Positions 20,092-31,029 are shown, numbered from the whole stretch's first letter. The stretch is 60,554 nt of DNA, filler included, from 5 parts of 5 records of this genome joined end to end with filler, not necessarily neighbours in it; one strand, 5' to 3'. The notes: generated from the sequence alone by a model not told the origin. A program made the numbers and translations.

Positions 20092-21135
20092 GTGGGAAAC
20101 ACCACTCTCTGTCTCGATATCGGTAGCGGCACTCAAGATGTACTGCTGTATTCTCCCAATATAGAAATCGAAAACTGTCCAAAATTCGTCATTCCATCCC
20201 CGGCCCTTCAAATTGGTCGAAGGATTGAGAATCTGCGTATGCAGGGACAGAACATATGGCTCCATGACCGCAATATGGGTGGAGGTGTGACAAGGTTCAT
20301 CCGCGCTCACCAGAAAGCCGGACTCAAGGTTGCCGCCAGCCGAAGTGCCGCATATACCATGGCTGACGACCTCACTCGTGTCACTGACATGGGAATCGAG
20401 CTAACCGATACATGCCCAGAAGGATTCGAACCTGTCCGTCTCACAGACTTTGACGAGGACTGGTGGCGTAATTTCCTTGAAGCAGCCGAGCTCCCATGGC
20501 CCGATCACATTGCAGCCTGTGCTCAGGATCACGGATTTCACCCCGGTGAATCCAACCGACGAGGCCGATTCAAACTCTGGCAGACATTCCTGACAGAAGG
20601 CGAAGGTCGTCCCGAGTCACTGGTCTACCAGACGCCGCCCGAAATGCTGACTCGCCTGCACGACCTGCAGGAAGACATCGCGGGAGGCGTGGTCGCTGAC
20701 ACCGGCGCGGCTGCCGTACTCGGCGCACTCTATGTCGACGAAATCGAAGAACTCAGTTTCAAGCAGGGCATTACCCTGGTCAACATAGGCAACTCACACC
20801 TTATTGCGTTCCTTCTGTTCAAAGGCCAGATACACGGCGTGTATGAGCAACACACAGGTTGCGTGACCGGCGAAAAACTCTGGGCCGACCTAGAACAATT
20901 CCGCTGTGGATGCCTTCCTTTCGAACAAGTCTTTGAAGAACGAGGACACGGCTGTCTGACCAGAGAGCTGCCAGAAGGGGCCAAAGGGTTCAAGCCAACC
21001 TTTGTTCTCGGACCGCGCAGGGCCATGTTGGAAGGGTATGATGTCTCATTCCCGGCACCGGGTGGAGACATGATGCTTGCCGGATGTTTCGGTCTTATTA
21101 AAGGTATAGCGCTAGCTCAAAAAAATCAGACATAA
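20092..21135 (+). CDS. DUF1786 family protein
   Basis: LDIGSGTQDVL, AQDHG, DTGAAA, NIGNSH, EQHTG, GDMMLAGCFGL; GTG start after AGGAG. Confidence 0.85.
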   Translation: MGNTTLCLDIGSGTQDVLLYSPNIEIENCPKFVIPSPALQIGRRIENLRMQGQNIWLHDRNMGGGVTRFIRAHQKAGLKVAASRSAAYTMADDLTRVTDMGIELTDTCPEGFEPVRLTDFDEDWWRNFLEAAELPWPDHIAACAQDHGFHPGESNRRGRFKLWQTFLTEGEGRPESLVYQTPPEMLTRLHDLQEDIAGGVVADTGAAAVLGALYVDEIEELSFKQGITLVNIGNSHLIAFLLFKGQIHGVYEQHTGCVTGEKLWADLEQFRCGCLPFEQVFEERGHGCLTRELPEGAKGFKPTFVLGPRRAMLEGYDVSFPAPGGDMMLAGCFGLIKGIALAQKNQT

Positions 21136-21193
21136 ACTTATACTTATATGATCGTTGACGGAAACATATGAGTATGGCTACTAGAGTACGACT

Positions 21194-24100
21194 ATGCATA
21201 AAAATCGACTCATCGCCGCCATACTCTGTGTTCTCCTGTTTTCGGCCACCGCCCATGCAGGCACCCTGTTCGTCAATGAAAAAGTCGCTCAACCCGGCAA
21301 CGGAAGTTCTTGGGCAACGGCATTCAAGACACTGACTCTCGCTCTTGAAACGGCTCAAAGCGGTGATCAAATATGGGTTGCCGAGGGCATGTATACGCCC
21401 ACAACTACCAATGACAGAAGCGCCTCCTTCCACCTCAAATCCGGGGTGGAAGTGATTGGCGGATTTTCCGGCACTGAAACGGAACTCAAAAAACGAGACG
21501 TCAAAAAACATCCGACCATTCTATCCGGCGATATTGGCCAACTTGGCACCCCTGATGACAACGTGTTTCACGTCGTTGTCGGCACAGACAAGGCGATACT
21601 GGATGGGTTTACCATTACTGGTGGATATAGCCTCAACACGGCGTGGACCGGTGGGAAGAAGCTGACAGCGCAGACATTGACGGCTGGCCCCCAACCGGGA
21701 TTCGGTGCAGGCATACTCAACTATCAAGCTGCACCTGAAATACGCAACTGCACCTTTCAAGACAACCACGCTCTTATGGGCGGTGCAGCATACAACATGA
21801 CCGCCACTTCCGACAATCCCACGGCCAAGCCTTCGGCCTCTCCAAAATTCTCGGATTGTACTTTCTGGCAAAACTCGGCACTGGCCCACGGTGGTGGTGT
21901 CGTCAATGAAATGCAAACGGCTCCCCTGTTCGTTTCCTGTGTCTTCGATTCCAATATCGCAGACATCTCAGGTGGCGGCATGTTCAATGACTTCGGAGCC
22001 GCTCCCATGTTGCTCAACTCCATTTTCCGCAACAACGAAGCGGAGAACGGCGGCGGCATGGCCAATGAAGGCGGTTCAACGCCGATTACATACTATTCGA
22101 CATTTACCGGTAACCGATCATTAAAAAATGGCCCGGCCATTTATCAAGGAGTCGGAGCACCCAATACAACCGTCCTGACAAAGTCAGTTGTCTGGGACAA
22201 CGAGTGTGAATGCGAAGACACTCGTTTTTTCAATGGAGGCACATCCGTTGTAAGAGTTCAAGATTCAGTCATCCAGAATGGCTACAAGGGAAAATCCGTT
22301 TTTCGGGCTAACCCCGGTCTGGACCGAAAATCCGAAACCATGCTGAACGTGGGTTACAAAACCAACGGACATCGTTTCCGTGCATCCAAGCTCGAATACC
22401 GGATCAAGGACATAGATCGATTCGAAGTTATCAAGAATCTGCCACCCTATGAAGCCAAATACACGGCATCCGTCGACCAGAAACTGCTCGACACCATGAA
22501 CGCCCCTGTTGCCACACCCGCTCCCCAAATTGCTGCGACTCCGGCACCAAAACCAATGGCCGAACCTGTCATAACAGCTCCGGCACCCAAGGCGGCCCCG
22601 ACCCCGACCCCGACCCCGACCCCGAAATCCGTAACAAAAGCACCAGCTACACCAGCAGCAAAAGTCGCACCCGCCGCCATGGCCCCGGTGGCAGCCACTC
22701 CAAGCGCAACTTCAAAATCAACCGCTCCAGCTCAAGGAAAGAAAGCGGCACCTGTTGCTCCTCAAAAAGAACCAGAAAATCTAGCTTTGCTTGCCCCAAC
22801 GCCCTCGATATTGGACACACATCCAACGCCAGCCAAACCGAGCCGGAAACCCAATATTGAAGCACTCATGCTGAGCATGGACATGGACGGCAATGGCTGC
22901 ATTACCGTCAATGAGGCAACCGGTGAAATGCAACAAAAATTCTGGCGTATGGACCTCAATGGAGACAATTGCCTGTCCAAAAAAGAAATAGCCAGAGCAT
23001 CGGGTCAGACGAAACGCCCACAACAACCAGTCGCACAGGCCGTGGCACCCACCCAGACTTCAACAGCGGCCTTGGTTCCGGCCAAAGCCCCGACCCCGCA
23101 AACCTCAAAGGTTGCTTCGGCTCCAGTCATCGCTCCCAAGCAAACCACGCAAGCCGCAACTGATTCCAACGGATACACCCTGTTCGCCCCCATGGGTTCC
23201 AAAGACACTCTTCTGGTGGACATGCAGGGGAAAACCGTCAAGACATGGCATGGCAAGGATCAATCGTCCGGTGCAGTCTATCTGCTCAATAACGGCAACC
23301 TGCTTCGATGTGTATCTCCGGGCAAAGGAGAAGTCCGTACCCCATTCATCGGCAAAGATGTTTCCGGCGGCATTATTCAGGAAGTCTCACCTCGGGGCCA
23401 AATTGTCTGGGAATACACTTATGTTTCAAACAAAGTCCGACAGCACCACGATATCGCCCCACTTCCCAACGGCAATGTGCTGCTTCTGGCTTGGGAACTA
23501 AAAAACGAATCGGACATCGAAGCCGTCGGCGGCTCAATACGTAACCACCCGGACGGAAAAATCTGGGCCGAACATATAGTGGAAGTCCGTAAATCAGGAC
23601 CCCGCAGTGGTTATATTGTCTGGGAATGGCATGCCTGGGACCATTTGATACAAAATGCTGATCAGTCTGCCCCGAACTTCGCCAATCCAGTTCGTCTTCC
23701 GCAACGCATAGACATCAATTACAATCCCTCACGCCGCCCGGAATGGCTCCACGCCAATTCCATCGATTATAACCCACAACTCAGACAGATCGTGCTGAGT
23801 CTCCGTAATACAGGTGAAGTTTGGATAATCGACCACTCCACGAGCACCAGTCAGGCCGCGTCCACAACCGGTGGCATCATGCACAGGGGAGGCGACATCC
23901 TGTTCCGGTGGGGCAATCCACAGGCATACGGCGCTTCAGGTCGTCCTGAACTTGTCGATCAACGTGATGCCCGATGGGTAAAAGGGGCAAAACCCGGTAA
24001 AGAACATATTCTCATCTTCAACAATGGAAACCGACAGACCCAACGGTCCGATGTCCTAGAGATCCTTCCAGAGTACTACTTCAAATCGACTCGTCTGAAC

Positions 24101-24364
24101 GCCAAGGTAGTATGGTCGTACAATGAAAAAGGCGGCAAGCGCTTCTTTGCGGAACAGGCATCCGGGGCACAACGGTTGGCAAACGGGCACACTCTCATCA
24201 GTAATGGCCCGGCAGGACGCATTCTCGAAGTTTCTGCCAATGCCAAACCCGTCTGGGAATACACGTATACCGGCTCCAACAGCACTTCAAGCCACAAAAT
24301 ATTCCGTGCCACACGAATTCCCCCTCAGCATCCAGGGCTAAAACGCCTCTCGATCAACAAGTAA
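21194..24364 (+). CDS. Secreted multidomain protein: right-handed beta-helix + Pro/Ala linker + EF-hand pair + arylsulfotransferase-like domain
   Basis: Signal peptide (AHA|G); GSSWATAF/IWVAEG and GGGMxN repeats; DMDGNGCITVNE and DLNGDNCLSKKE; QHHD, WEWHAWDH, WLHANSIDY, AQRLANGHTLI. Confidence 0.82.
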   Translation: MHKNRLIAAILCVLLFSATAHAGTLFVNEKVAQPGNGSSWATAFKTLTLALETAQSGDQIWVAEGMYTPTTTNDRSASFHLKSGVEVIGGFSGTETELKKRDVKKHPTILSGDIGQLGTPDDNVFHVVVGTDKAILDGFTITGGYSLNTAWTGGKKLTAQTLTAGPQPGFGAGILNYQAAPEIRNCTFQDNHALMGGAAYNMTATSDNPTAKPSASPKFSDCTFWQNSALAHGGGVVNEMQTAPLFVSCVFDSNIADISGGGMFNDFGAAPMLLNSIFRNNEAENGGGMANEGGSTPITYYSTFTGNRSLKNGPAIYQGVGAPNTTVLTKSVVWDNECECEDTRFFNGGTSVVRVQDSVIQNGYKGKSVFRANPGLDRKSETMLNVGYKTNGHRFRASKLEYRIKDIDRFEVIKNLPPYEAKYTASVDQKLLDTMNAPVATPAPQIAATPAPKPMAEPVITAPAPKAAPTPTPTPTPKSVTKAPATPAAKVAPAAMAPVAATPSATSKSTAPAQGKKAAPVAPQKEPENLALLAPTPSILDTHPTPAKPSRKPNIEALMLSMDMDGNGCITVNEATGEMQQKFWRMDLNGDNCLSKKEIARASGQTKRPQQPVAQAVAPTQTSTAALVPAKAPTPQTSKVASAPVIAPKQTTQAATDSNGYTLFAPMGSKDTLLVDMQGKTVKTWHGKDQSSGAVYLLNNGNLLRCVSPGKGEVRTPFIGKDVSGGIIQEVSPRGQIVWEYTYVSNKVRQHHDIAPLPNGNVLLLAWELKNESDIEAVGGSIRNHPDGKIWAEHIVEVRKSGPRSGYIVWEWHAWDHLIQNADQSAPNFANPVRLPQRIDINYNPSRRPEWLHANSIDYNPQLRQIVLSLRNTGEVWIIDHSTSTSQAASTTGGIMHRGGDILFRWGNPQAYGASGRPELVDQRDARWVKGAKPGKEHILIFNNGNRQTQRSDVLEILPEYYFKSTRLNAKVVWSYNEKGGKRFFAEQASGAQRLANGHTLISNGPAGRILEVSANAKPVWEYTYTGSNSTSSHKIFRATRIPPQHPGLKRLSINK
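22596..22625 (+). repeat. (CCCCGA)5 in-frame tandem repeat encoding Pro-Thr
   Basis: Five perfect hexamer copies read directly from the sequence. Confidence 0.9.
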
Positions 24365-24370
24365 AATCCT

Positions 24371-24400
24371 AATGAGCGGTCTCCGGGCCGCTCATTTCTT
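24371..24400 (+). terminator. Intrinsic terminator
   Basis: AATGAGCGG-tctccggg-CCGCTCATT followed by TCTT, just after the stop at 24364. Confidence 0.7.
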
Positions 24401-24487
24401 GTGATAATCATTCCTCTCCCCTAGGCAGAGGCCGCGCCACGTGGTATACTTTCAAGTAAACAATTATTTTTACAAGAAGGAGCACCC

Positions 24488-25183
24488 ATGAGGCTTATAC
24501 TCCATCTCCCAATGTCCTTATTTCTATCGATGACACTCCTTGTTCTGCCCGGAATGGCAGGATGGGGAGACTCTCTCAAAGAAATGGGAGACGCCGGATC
24601 CAAAGCGATAGGACTGCCTTACACACCGACGGAAGCCGACGCCGGCATTCGTGAGGTCCTGCATATGGGAACCGACTATGCAGTTGCAGAACTTGGAAAA
24701 GACGGTGGTTTCGCAGCTAATCCAGCCGCATCAATCCCACTCCCCGACATGCTTTCATCCATGATCGGCGAATCAGGACTGCTTTCTTCATTCAACACAG
24801 CAGCAGAAAATTCAGTCGAACCCATTGGTGGTCTCTTCCACAAAACCATCGATACCATGGACATAGGGAACCCTGCATCCATGATCAGCGGCAGCGATAC
24901 GTCCATTACGGATTACTTTGAAGAAACGGCACGTCCTACACTCAAGGAACTCGCTCGGCCTGTTGTCGAACAACAACTGGAAACAGCGGGCCTTGGAGCT
25001 TACACAAACGCCATCTCAGCAGCCCAGCTCATGTCCAATGCCTCCGGCTCTCCCTTTAATCCAACGGATTACGTGACAGACAAAGCTCTTGATGCCATGT
25101 TCATGTATATTGGTGATCAGGAAAAAGATTTACGATCCAATGGTGCAGCCAATGCAAGCGAACTTCTTAAAAAACTCTTTTAG
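24488..25183 (+). CDS. DUF4197 family exported protein
   Basis: Signal peptide; GIREVL...LGKDGGF, NTAAE, TDYVTDKALDAMF...EKDLR. Confidence 0.8.
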   Translation: MRLILHLPMSLFLSMTLLVLPGMAGWGDSLKEMGDAGSKAIGLPYTPTEADAGIREVLHMGTDYAVAELGKDGGFAANPAASIPLPDMLSSMIGESGLLSSFNTAAENSVEPIGGLFHKTIDTMDIGNPASMISGSDTSITDYFEETARPTLKELARPVVEQQLETAGLGAYTNAISAAQLMSNASGSPFNPTDYVTDKALDAMFMYIGDQEKDLRSNGAANASELLKKLF

Positions 25184-25192
25184 GAGCAACTA

Positions 25193-27226
25193 ATGAACAA
25201 ACTGCTAAAGATCCTCCTGATAGCAGCAGGGACCATCTTGTCCCTCTTCATCATCGCGGTCATTATCCTTGTAACAACGGTCGACCCGAATGAGTACAAA
25301 GGAGAAATTTCTCAGGCTGTAAAGGAACAAACCGGTCGTGATCTCACTTTTGAAGGAGACATCGGCTTTACCTTCTTCCCGACCCTCGGTCTCGAAGTCG
25401 GCTCCATGGCTCTTGGCAACGCAAAAGGTTTCAGTCCTGCCGAGATGGTGCGCATCAACAAAGCGGAAGCCTCTATCCGTATCCTTCCGCTTTTCTCGGG
25501 CAATGCCACCATCGGCATGGTCGTATTAGACGGACTGACCCTCAACCTGACCAAAAACACAAAAGGCATCACCAACTGGGATGACCTCGTCAAAGACACG
25601 GACAAAACCCAATCAGAACAAAAAACTGCAACAAAAGAATCCAAAGGCAAAGAAACAAAAGTTGAGAGTCTCTCTGTACAGGGCGTTGAAATCACCAATG
25701 CCAATATTATCTTTGAAGACCAACAAGCAGGCAGCACAAACTCATTGAGCAACTTAAATCTTATTATTGGAGAAGTGGGAGATGCAGTTCGTTTCCCATT
25801 CGAGTTGCGCTTTGATCTCAAACTTGACTCTCCCAAGATTGAAACTCGTCCTACCCTCACTGGATTCGCGAAGTTTGACCAAAAAGCAGGGACTTTCGAA
25901 ATTGACGAAATGCTTTTCAAAGCCCTCAATCTTGCACTGTCAGGAAACTTCTTCGCAAAGTCGACAGCAGGGGAAAATGCTTTTTCCGGAGAACTTTCAT
26001 TGGCCGAAGCCTCCATCAAAAAACTGATGCAGGAAATCGGTATGGAGCCACTGAAAACAGCAGATTCAAAGGCTCTGGAAAAACTGACATTCGACTTAAA
26101 GTACAACGGCTCTGACAACGCAGTATCTTTGGAAAACATGACTGTAAAATTGGATGACACCACCATTACAGCCACCGGCTCGGTCAAGAACTTTGCCAAA
26201 CCGGCCATCGCTTTTGCCGTTAACGTCGACGACATTGATGCTGACAGGTACATGCCGCCCAAATCAGACGGGGCTAAAACGCAGGCGCAGCCAGCTACTT
26301 CCGGCACAGACACAGGTCCGGCTCAGGAACCTGACCTCAGCGCACTCAAGGAACTAAATCTGACCGGTAAGATGACCATCGGAAAGCTCAAGGCCATGAA
26401 CTTGCGGATATCCGACATCCTTTGCGAATTGAAAGCAAAAGACGGTGTTGTCACGATCAAGCCTTTTTCCGCAAACCTCTACGAGGGAAACCTTATAGCG
26501 CACTCGGTACTCAACGCCAACACAAAAATCGCAAGCTGGACCGAATCTGCGGATCTCAAAGGCGTCCAGGCTGGACCATTGCTCAAAGATCTAACAGGCA
26601 AGGACCATGTGCTCGGCACCACTGTCGTTAAATACGACCTCAAGGGCATGGGCCTGACTCCTCCCAACATCAAACAGACGATTACCGGCACTGCGTCCTT
26701 TGCCTTTACAGACGGAGCCATCAACGGTGTAAACGTAGCAAAAATGCTCCGCGACGGTTGGAACAAAATCAAAGGCAAATCCGCCAGCTCCGACGAACCT
26801 GCCCGGACAGACTTTGCTGAATTGCTCGGTTCCGCAGTCCTCAAAAATGGTCACATAACCAATAATGACCTGCTGATGAAATCCCCTCTCTTGCGAGTCA
26901 CGGGAAAGGGATGGGCCAACTTACCCAAAAATAACACTGACTATACGGCCACAGTGACTGTTGTCGGTACACTCAAGGGACAGGATGGTGCGTCAATGGA
27001 AGACCTCAAAGGCCTCCCTCTCCCCATCAATGTCAAGGGAGACCTGAACGATCCTTCTATCAGCCTCGACATGAAAGCAATGGCAGAAGCGCTGCTCAAA
27101 GGTAAGTTCAAACAAGGTACTAAAGGTTTGGAAGACAAACTGAAAAAAGATATCCTTGGTGGTTCAAAGACTGACACAACCGACAAGCCGACAAATCCTT
27201 TCGGTGGTCTGCTTAAAAAGAAGTAA
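25193..27226 (+). CDS. asmA: AsmA family protein
   Basis: N-terminal TM, DPNEYK...EQTGRDL, NWDDL, DGAINGVN, RTDFAEL, SPLLRVTGKG. Confidence 0.88.
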   Translation: MNKLLKILLIAAGTILSLFIIAVIILVTTVDPNEYKGEISQAVKEQTGRDLTFEGDIGFTFFPTLGLEVGSMALGNAKGFSPAEMVRINKAEASIRILPLFSGNATIGMVVLDGLTLNLTKNTKGITNWDDLVKDTDKTQSEQKTATKESKGKETKVESLSVQGVEITNANIIFEDQQAGSTNSLSNLNLIIGEVGDAVRFPFELRFDLKLDSPKIETRPTLTGFAKFDQKAGTFEIDEMLFKALNLALSGNFFAKSTAGENAFSGELSLAEASIKKLMQEIGMEPLKTADSKALEKLTFDLKYNGSDNAVSLENMTVKLDDTTITATGSVKNFAKPAIAFAVNVDDIDADRYMPPKSDGAKTQAQPATSGTDTGPAQEPDLSALKELNLTGKMTIGKLKAMNLRISDILCELKAKDGVVTIKPFSANLYEGNLIAHSVLNANTKIASWTESADLKGVQAGPLLKDLTGKDHVLGTTVVKYDLKGMGLTPPNIKQTITGTASFAFTDGAINGVNVAKMLRDGWNKIKGKSASSDEPARTDFAELLGSAVLKNGHITNNDLLMKSPLLRVTGKGWANLPKNNTDYTATVTVVGTLKGQDGASMEDLKGLPLPINVKGDLNDPSISLDMKAMAEALLKGKFKQGTKGLEDKLKKDILGGSKTDTTDKPTNPFGGLLKKK

Positions 27227-27301
27227 TTCATCCAAAATCCAGTTCGGTGGTCAAAAATAACCTTCATCATTATTTACCTCCGCACTAAAAACACACAACG
27301 T

Positions 27302-27337
27302 AAAAAAGGCCACTCGGTAATCCGAGCGGCCTTTTTT
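27302..27337. terminator. Bidirectional intrinsic terminator
   Basis: AAAAAAGGCCACTCGG-taat-CCGAGCGGCCTTTTTT between convergent genes. Confidence 0.85.
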
Positions 27338-27349
27338 GTTGGGAAAAAG

Positions 27350-28108
27350 CTAGAAGCGAAGTGATAAACACGTCAGCCCGCCGTCGAGCTTGCGGTATTC
27401 TGAGACATCAAGGACGACCGTCTCAACTCCTGTGCCACGAACTTTAGCAAGCGTTTGAGGAAACCCATCAGGCACAATGACCGTACCATTAATAAAAAGA
27501 CAATTCCGAGCATAGGCCTCATCATCTTCAACGACTATTCGATCAAAGTGGGCCAACTCTTCCATATCCTCGCAACACGGCGAAACCAAAATGGTATTAT
27601 TACCGATAAAATTCACATCCGTCTTAAAATGAAGACTTGGACAACAGGCCATTTCTTTCCATTTATATCCAAACGGTTCCACGGCAGCACCCAAGGCCAC
27701 AGCACCTTCATGGTTTGTCCTGTCAGAAAGACCGATATAAAACGTATCGTCGACCTGCAACACATCGCCCCCTTCAATATGGGCTGGCGAAGATATTCTG
27801 ACAACCGGCTTGAACCGGGCAAGAATGGGCTCAATGCTCTCCTGTTCTCCTTGCCGAGAAGGCGCCCCCAACGGCGTAACAACAGCTACTTCCTCACAAA
27901 CCACGGCAGTATCTTCCACAAAACAACAGTCAGGAAATCCTGGCTCTGCATCAAGCACTGTCACATCGAGGCCAAGATGAATAAGCACCTGACAATAGGC
28001 CTCATGCTGCTTCAAAGCGAGCTGAAAATCAGGTTTACCAAGACTGGCGGAGGTAATGCCGTTAACCATCTCTTCAGACGGACGGCGAGTGATTGCATGG
28101 GTGAACAT
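27350..28108 (-). CDS. N(G),N(G)-dimethylarginine dimethylaminohydrolase (amidinotransferase fold)
   Basis: FPDCCFVEDTA, EGGDV, LHFKT and DGGLTCLSLRF (Cys-His-Glu catalytic set). Confidence 0.9.
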   Translation of the reverse strand: MFTHAITRRPSEEMVNGITSASLGKPDFQLALKQHEAYCQVLIHLGLDVTVLDAEPGFPDCCFVEDTAVVCEEVAVVTPLGAPSRQGEQESIEPILARFKPVVRISSPAHIEGGDVLQVDDTFYIGLSDRTNHEGAVALGAAVEPFGYKWKEMACCPSLHFKTDVNFIGNNTILVSPCCEDMEELAHFDRIVVEDDEAYARNCLFINGTVIVPDGFPQTLAKVRGTGVETVVLDVSEYRKLDGGLTCLSLRF

Positions 28109-28423
28109 ATCTTCTCTCCTCAAATGACTTCTCTATTAAAAGAAGAATGCAGACTTCACGCAAAATGGTCAAGGTCTCGCTCACACACAAAAAACCTGAC
28201 TCGGGGTGAGTCAGGGTTTTTAAAATATCTTGATAGTAACTGAGTGGTTCCAAGACTTGGTTGGTGGTTGTGTTCTTCCCCGGATTTAAGCTTGAGTTGA
28301 AGTCGGAGTTTACCTGGAACAGCGGGAAGGCGCTGTTGGTCTGGCCGGGGTTGGCGTAGTGCGGCTATCGGGTGTTGTTTCCGTAGAACGCAAAAAAGCC
28401 CTGATTCATATGAATCAGGGCTT

Positions 28424-28523
28424 NNNNNNNNNNNNNNNNNNNNNNNNNNNNNNNNNNNNNNNNNNNNTTAATTAATTAANNNNNNNNNNNNNNNNNNNNN
28501 NNNNNNNNNNNNNNNNNNNNNNN
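28424..28523. other. Artificial contig spacer
   Basis: N-run + TTAATTAATTAA + N-run. Confidence 0.98.
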
Positions 28524-29201
28524 AACAGTTTCTAATGAATCTGCAGGAACGTTCATCATAAGATAGCGTTTTCCCTTTGCCCTGAGCACACTTTCCACAG
28601 CAGTCTGGATCTGCCCGATCTTGCCGTTGTCCGCATTTGTCTTTTTGTTGGCAATAAGATAAACTGATGATGTGAATACCTTCTCTATCATCTTGAGATG
28701 GTTGGTGACAAGAGTAGTGCCTGAGCTGGAAATGTCAACGATCGCATCAGCAATCCCTACGTGAGGTGTCATTTCGCATGCACCGCTTACCTTTACGACT
28801 TCAATGTTGACTCCTAGGTTCTTGAAGTACTTGGCAGTGATATTTGGGAACTCTGTTGCGACGCGCATCCCTTCAAGGTCCTTTGCAGAAGCTATGGATG
28901 ATTCTTCCGGCACGGCCAGAACAAGGTTTGCTCCACCGAACTTCAGGTCAAGCAATATCTCTACATCGGACTCCGTTTCATCTATAAGATCAAGGCCTGT
29001 AATGCCCACATCTGCGGCACCGTCCTGGACATATTCGGGGATATCTGCTGCCCTTGCAAAGAGATACGTGATCTCAGGGTCAGTGGTCTTGGCAAAAAGT
29101 TTCCTTCCTCCTCCTTCAAGTACGGGGAGACCTGCCTTTTTGAGTAGGGCTACAGTGGGCTCGTGCAGACGCCCTTTATTAGGTATTGCAATACGTATCA
29201 T
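28524..29201 (-). CDS. hisG: ATP phosphoribosyltransferase, truncated at contig edge
   Basis: MIRIAIPNKGRL, RAADIP, GITGLD, ATEFP, DAIVDISSSGTTL. Confidence 0.95.
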
Positions 29202-29466
29202 GTGGATCCTTCTATAGAAATTGGTATCAGTATCAATTGAATGTTCTTTCAAAGACTTTTATAGCATATAGATTTCACGCTGATCATAAGTTTCTCTAGA
29301 TTTGTCTGTTGAAACTCATTAAATAACCGTTGGTAATATTCAGGATGGGAAATATTATATAGCTTATGGCTAGTCTGTATAGCGAAGGATACATAATAAA
29401 CCTTAATTATCTATTCTTACCTTTCATTTGTCACTTAGTGATTTCCAGAGGATTAAGAGGATTAAT

Positions 29467-30663
29467 ATGATTCGAAACATCAAAGTCGAACACCTGATTG
29501 AAACGCCGGTAGAAAAACAGCAGATCGAGCTTGTTGAGAGAAAGGGTGTAGGTCACCCTGATAGTATCTCTGATGGTCTTGCAGAGGCTGTAAGCCGTGC
29601 ATTGTGCAAGGAATATGTAGAAAAATGCGGTGTGGTTCTCCACCATAATACTGATGAGACTCAAATAGTGGCAGGTCGTTCCAATCCGCAATTCGGAGGC
29701 GGAGAGGTTACTCAGCCTATATATACCCTGCTTGTGGGAAGGGCAACCAAGGAGTTCGAAGGTGTGGAGATCCCTGCAGAATCCGTTGCTCTTAGGGCAG
29801 CAAGGGATTATATCAGGAACACTATCGTAGATATCGACCTTGAAAGCGATATCATAGTCGACTGTAAGCTTGGTACCGGTTCATCTGATCTCAGGGATGT
29901 TTTCCAGAGAGACAGGGTCCCTGTGGCAAACGACACATCCTTTGGTGTAGGTCATGCTCCTTTCTCAGAACTCGAACAGATCGTCCATGAGTCAGAGAGA
30001 CAGCTTATCACTGACCTCAAGAAGAAGATTCCAGGTATCGGCACTGATATCAAGGTCATGGGTCTGAGGGACAATGATGATATCAATCTTACAATATGCT
30101 GTGGTATGGTCGGCAGGCATGTGGATGATATGGACCACTACATCAATATCAAGGAAGATATGGCAGATTACGTGACTGATCTTGCTCTTAAGCGTACAGA
30201 CCGTAATGTAAAAGCTTTCGTCAATGCAGCTGACAATGAGAAATGCAATTCCGTGTTCCTGACTGTTACCGGAACATCTGCTGAGATGGGCGACGATGGT
30301 TCTGTTGGCAGAGGTAACCGTTGCAATGGTCTGATTACTCCTAACAGGCCAATGAGCATGGAAGCTACCAGCGGTAAGAATCCTATCAACCATATTGGTA
30401 AGATATACAACCTGCTCTCTACCCAGATGGCAAGAGATGTCGTAAAGGCTGTTCCAGAGGCCCAGGATGTTTATATCAAGCTTCTTTCACAGATCGGTCA
30501 GCCAATAGACCAGCCACTCGTTGCAAGTGCTCAGATCATCCCTGAAGATGGTGCGAACTTTGCTTCTGTCAGGGCTGAGGCAGAAGTTGTTATCGATGAC
30601 TGGCTTGCTGATATTACCAAGATAACCAAGATGGTTATCGCTGGCGAACTCGATACATTCTGA
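29467..30663 (+). CDS. mat: Archaeal S-adenosylmethionine synthetase
   Basis: [45 protein letters not shown]. Confidence 0.95.
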   Translation: MIRNIKVEHLIETPVEKQQIELVERKGVGHPDSISDGLAEAVSRALCKEYVEKCGVVLHHNTDETQIVAGRSNPQFGGGEVTQPIYTLLVGRATKEFEGVEIPAESVALRAARDYIRNTIVDIDLESDIIVDCKLGTGSSDLRDVFQRDRVPVANDTSFGVGHAPFSELEQIVHESERQLITDLKKKIPGIGTDIKVMGLRDNDDINLTICCGMVGRHVDDMDHYINIKEDMADYVTDLALKRTDRNVKAFVNAADNEKCNSVFLTVTGTSAEMGDDGSVGRGNRCNGLITPNRPMSMEATSGKNPINHIGKIYNLLSTQMARDVVKAVPEAQDVYIKLLSQIGQPIDQPLVASAQIIPEDGANFASVRAEAEVVIDDWLADITKITKMVIAGELDTF

Positions 30664-30906
30664 TTCTTTCTACTCCGGCTGCCCCAACTTTGGGGTTGCC
30701 ACTGTTATTTTTTAGATTTTCTTCTTGTTTTCTGTCTGTTTTAGCGACGGGACTTCCCTTTTGTTGTATAGTTCTGCTGCTCTTTGTTCTTCTATTTATA
30801 TGTACTTCTGTCTGGATCTTCTTTTCGGCGAAAGAGCTAAGTATGATTGTGCGTATTCAAGTGTTGCATCGCACGGCAACGTCGTGCGGAAGCATGATTT
30901 GTAAGA

Positions 30907-31015
30907 CCCGCTTTAACTCAGTTGGTAGAGTGCGCGGCTGTAGTTTGATTCATGTGACATGATCACATTACGCGCAGGCACCGCGATGTCCCCGGTTCGA
31001 GTCTGGGAGGCGGGA
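30907..31015 (+). tRNA. tRNA-Tyr(GTA) with 36-nt intron at position 37/38 (30944-30979)
   Basis: CCCGCTT/AGGCGGG acceptor stem with C1:G72, D-arm, CGCGG-CT-GTA-G|intron|A-CCGCG, TTCGAGT T-loop. Confidence 0.92.
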
Positions 31016-31029
31016 CTTTCAAAATCATG

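Noticed and set aside
25312-28243. Long antisense ORFs 25312..26313(-) and 27455..28243(+)
   Set aside because: Shadows of asmA and the dimethylargininase gene, with no independent motifs.
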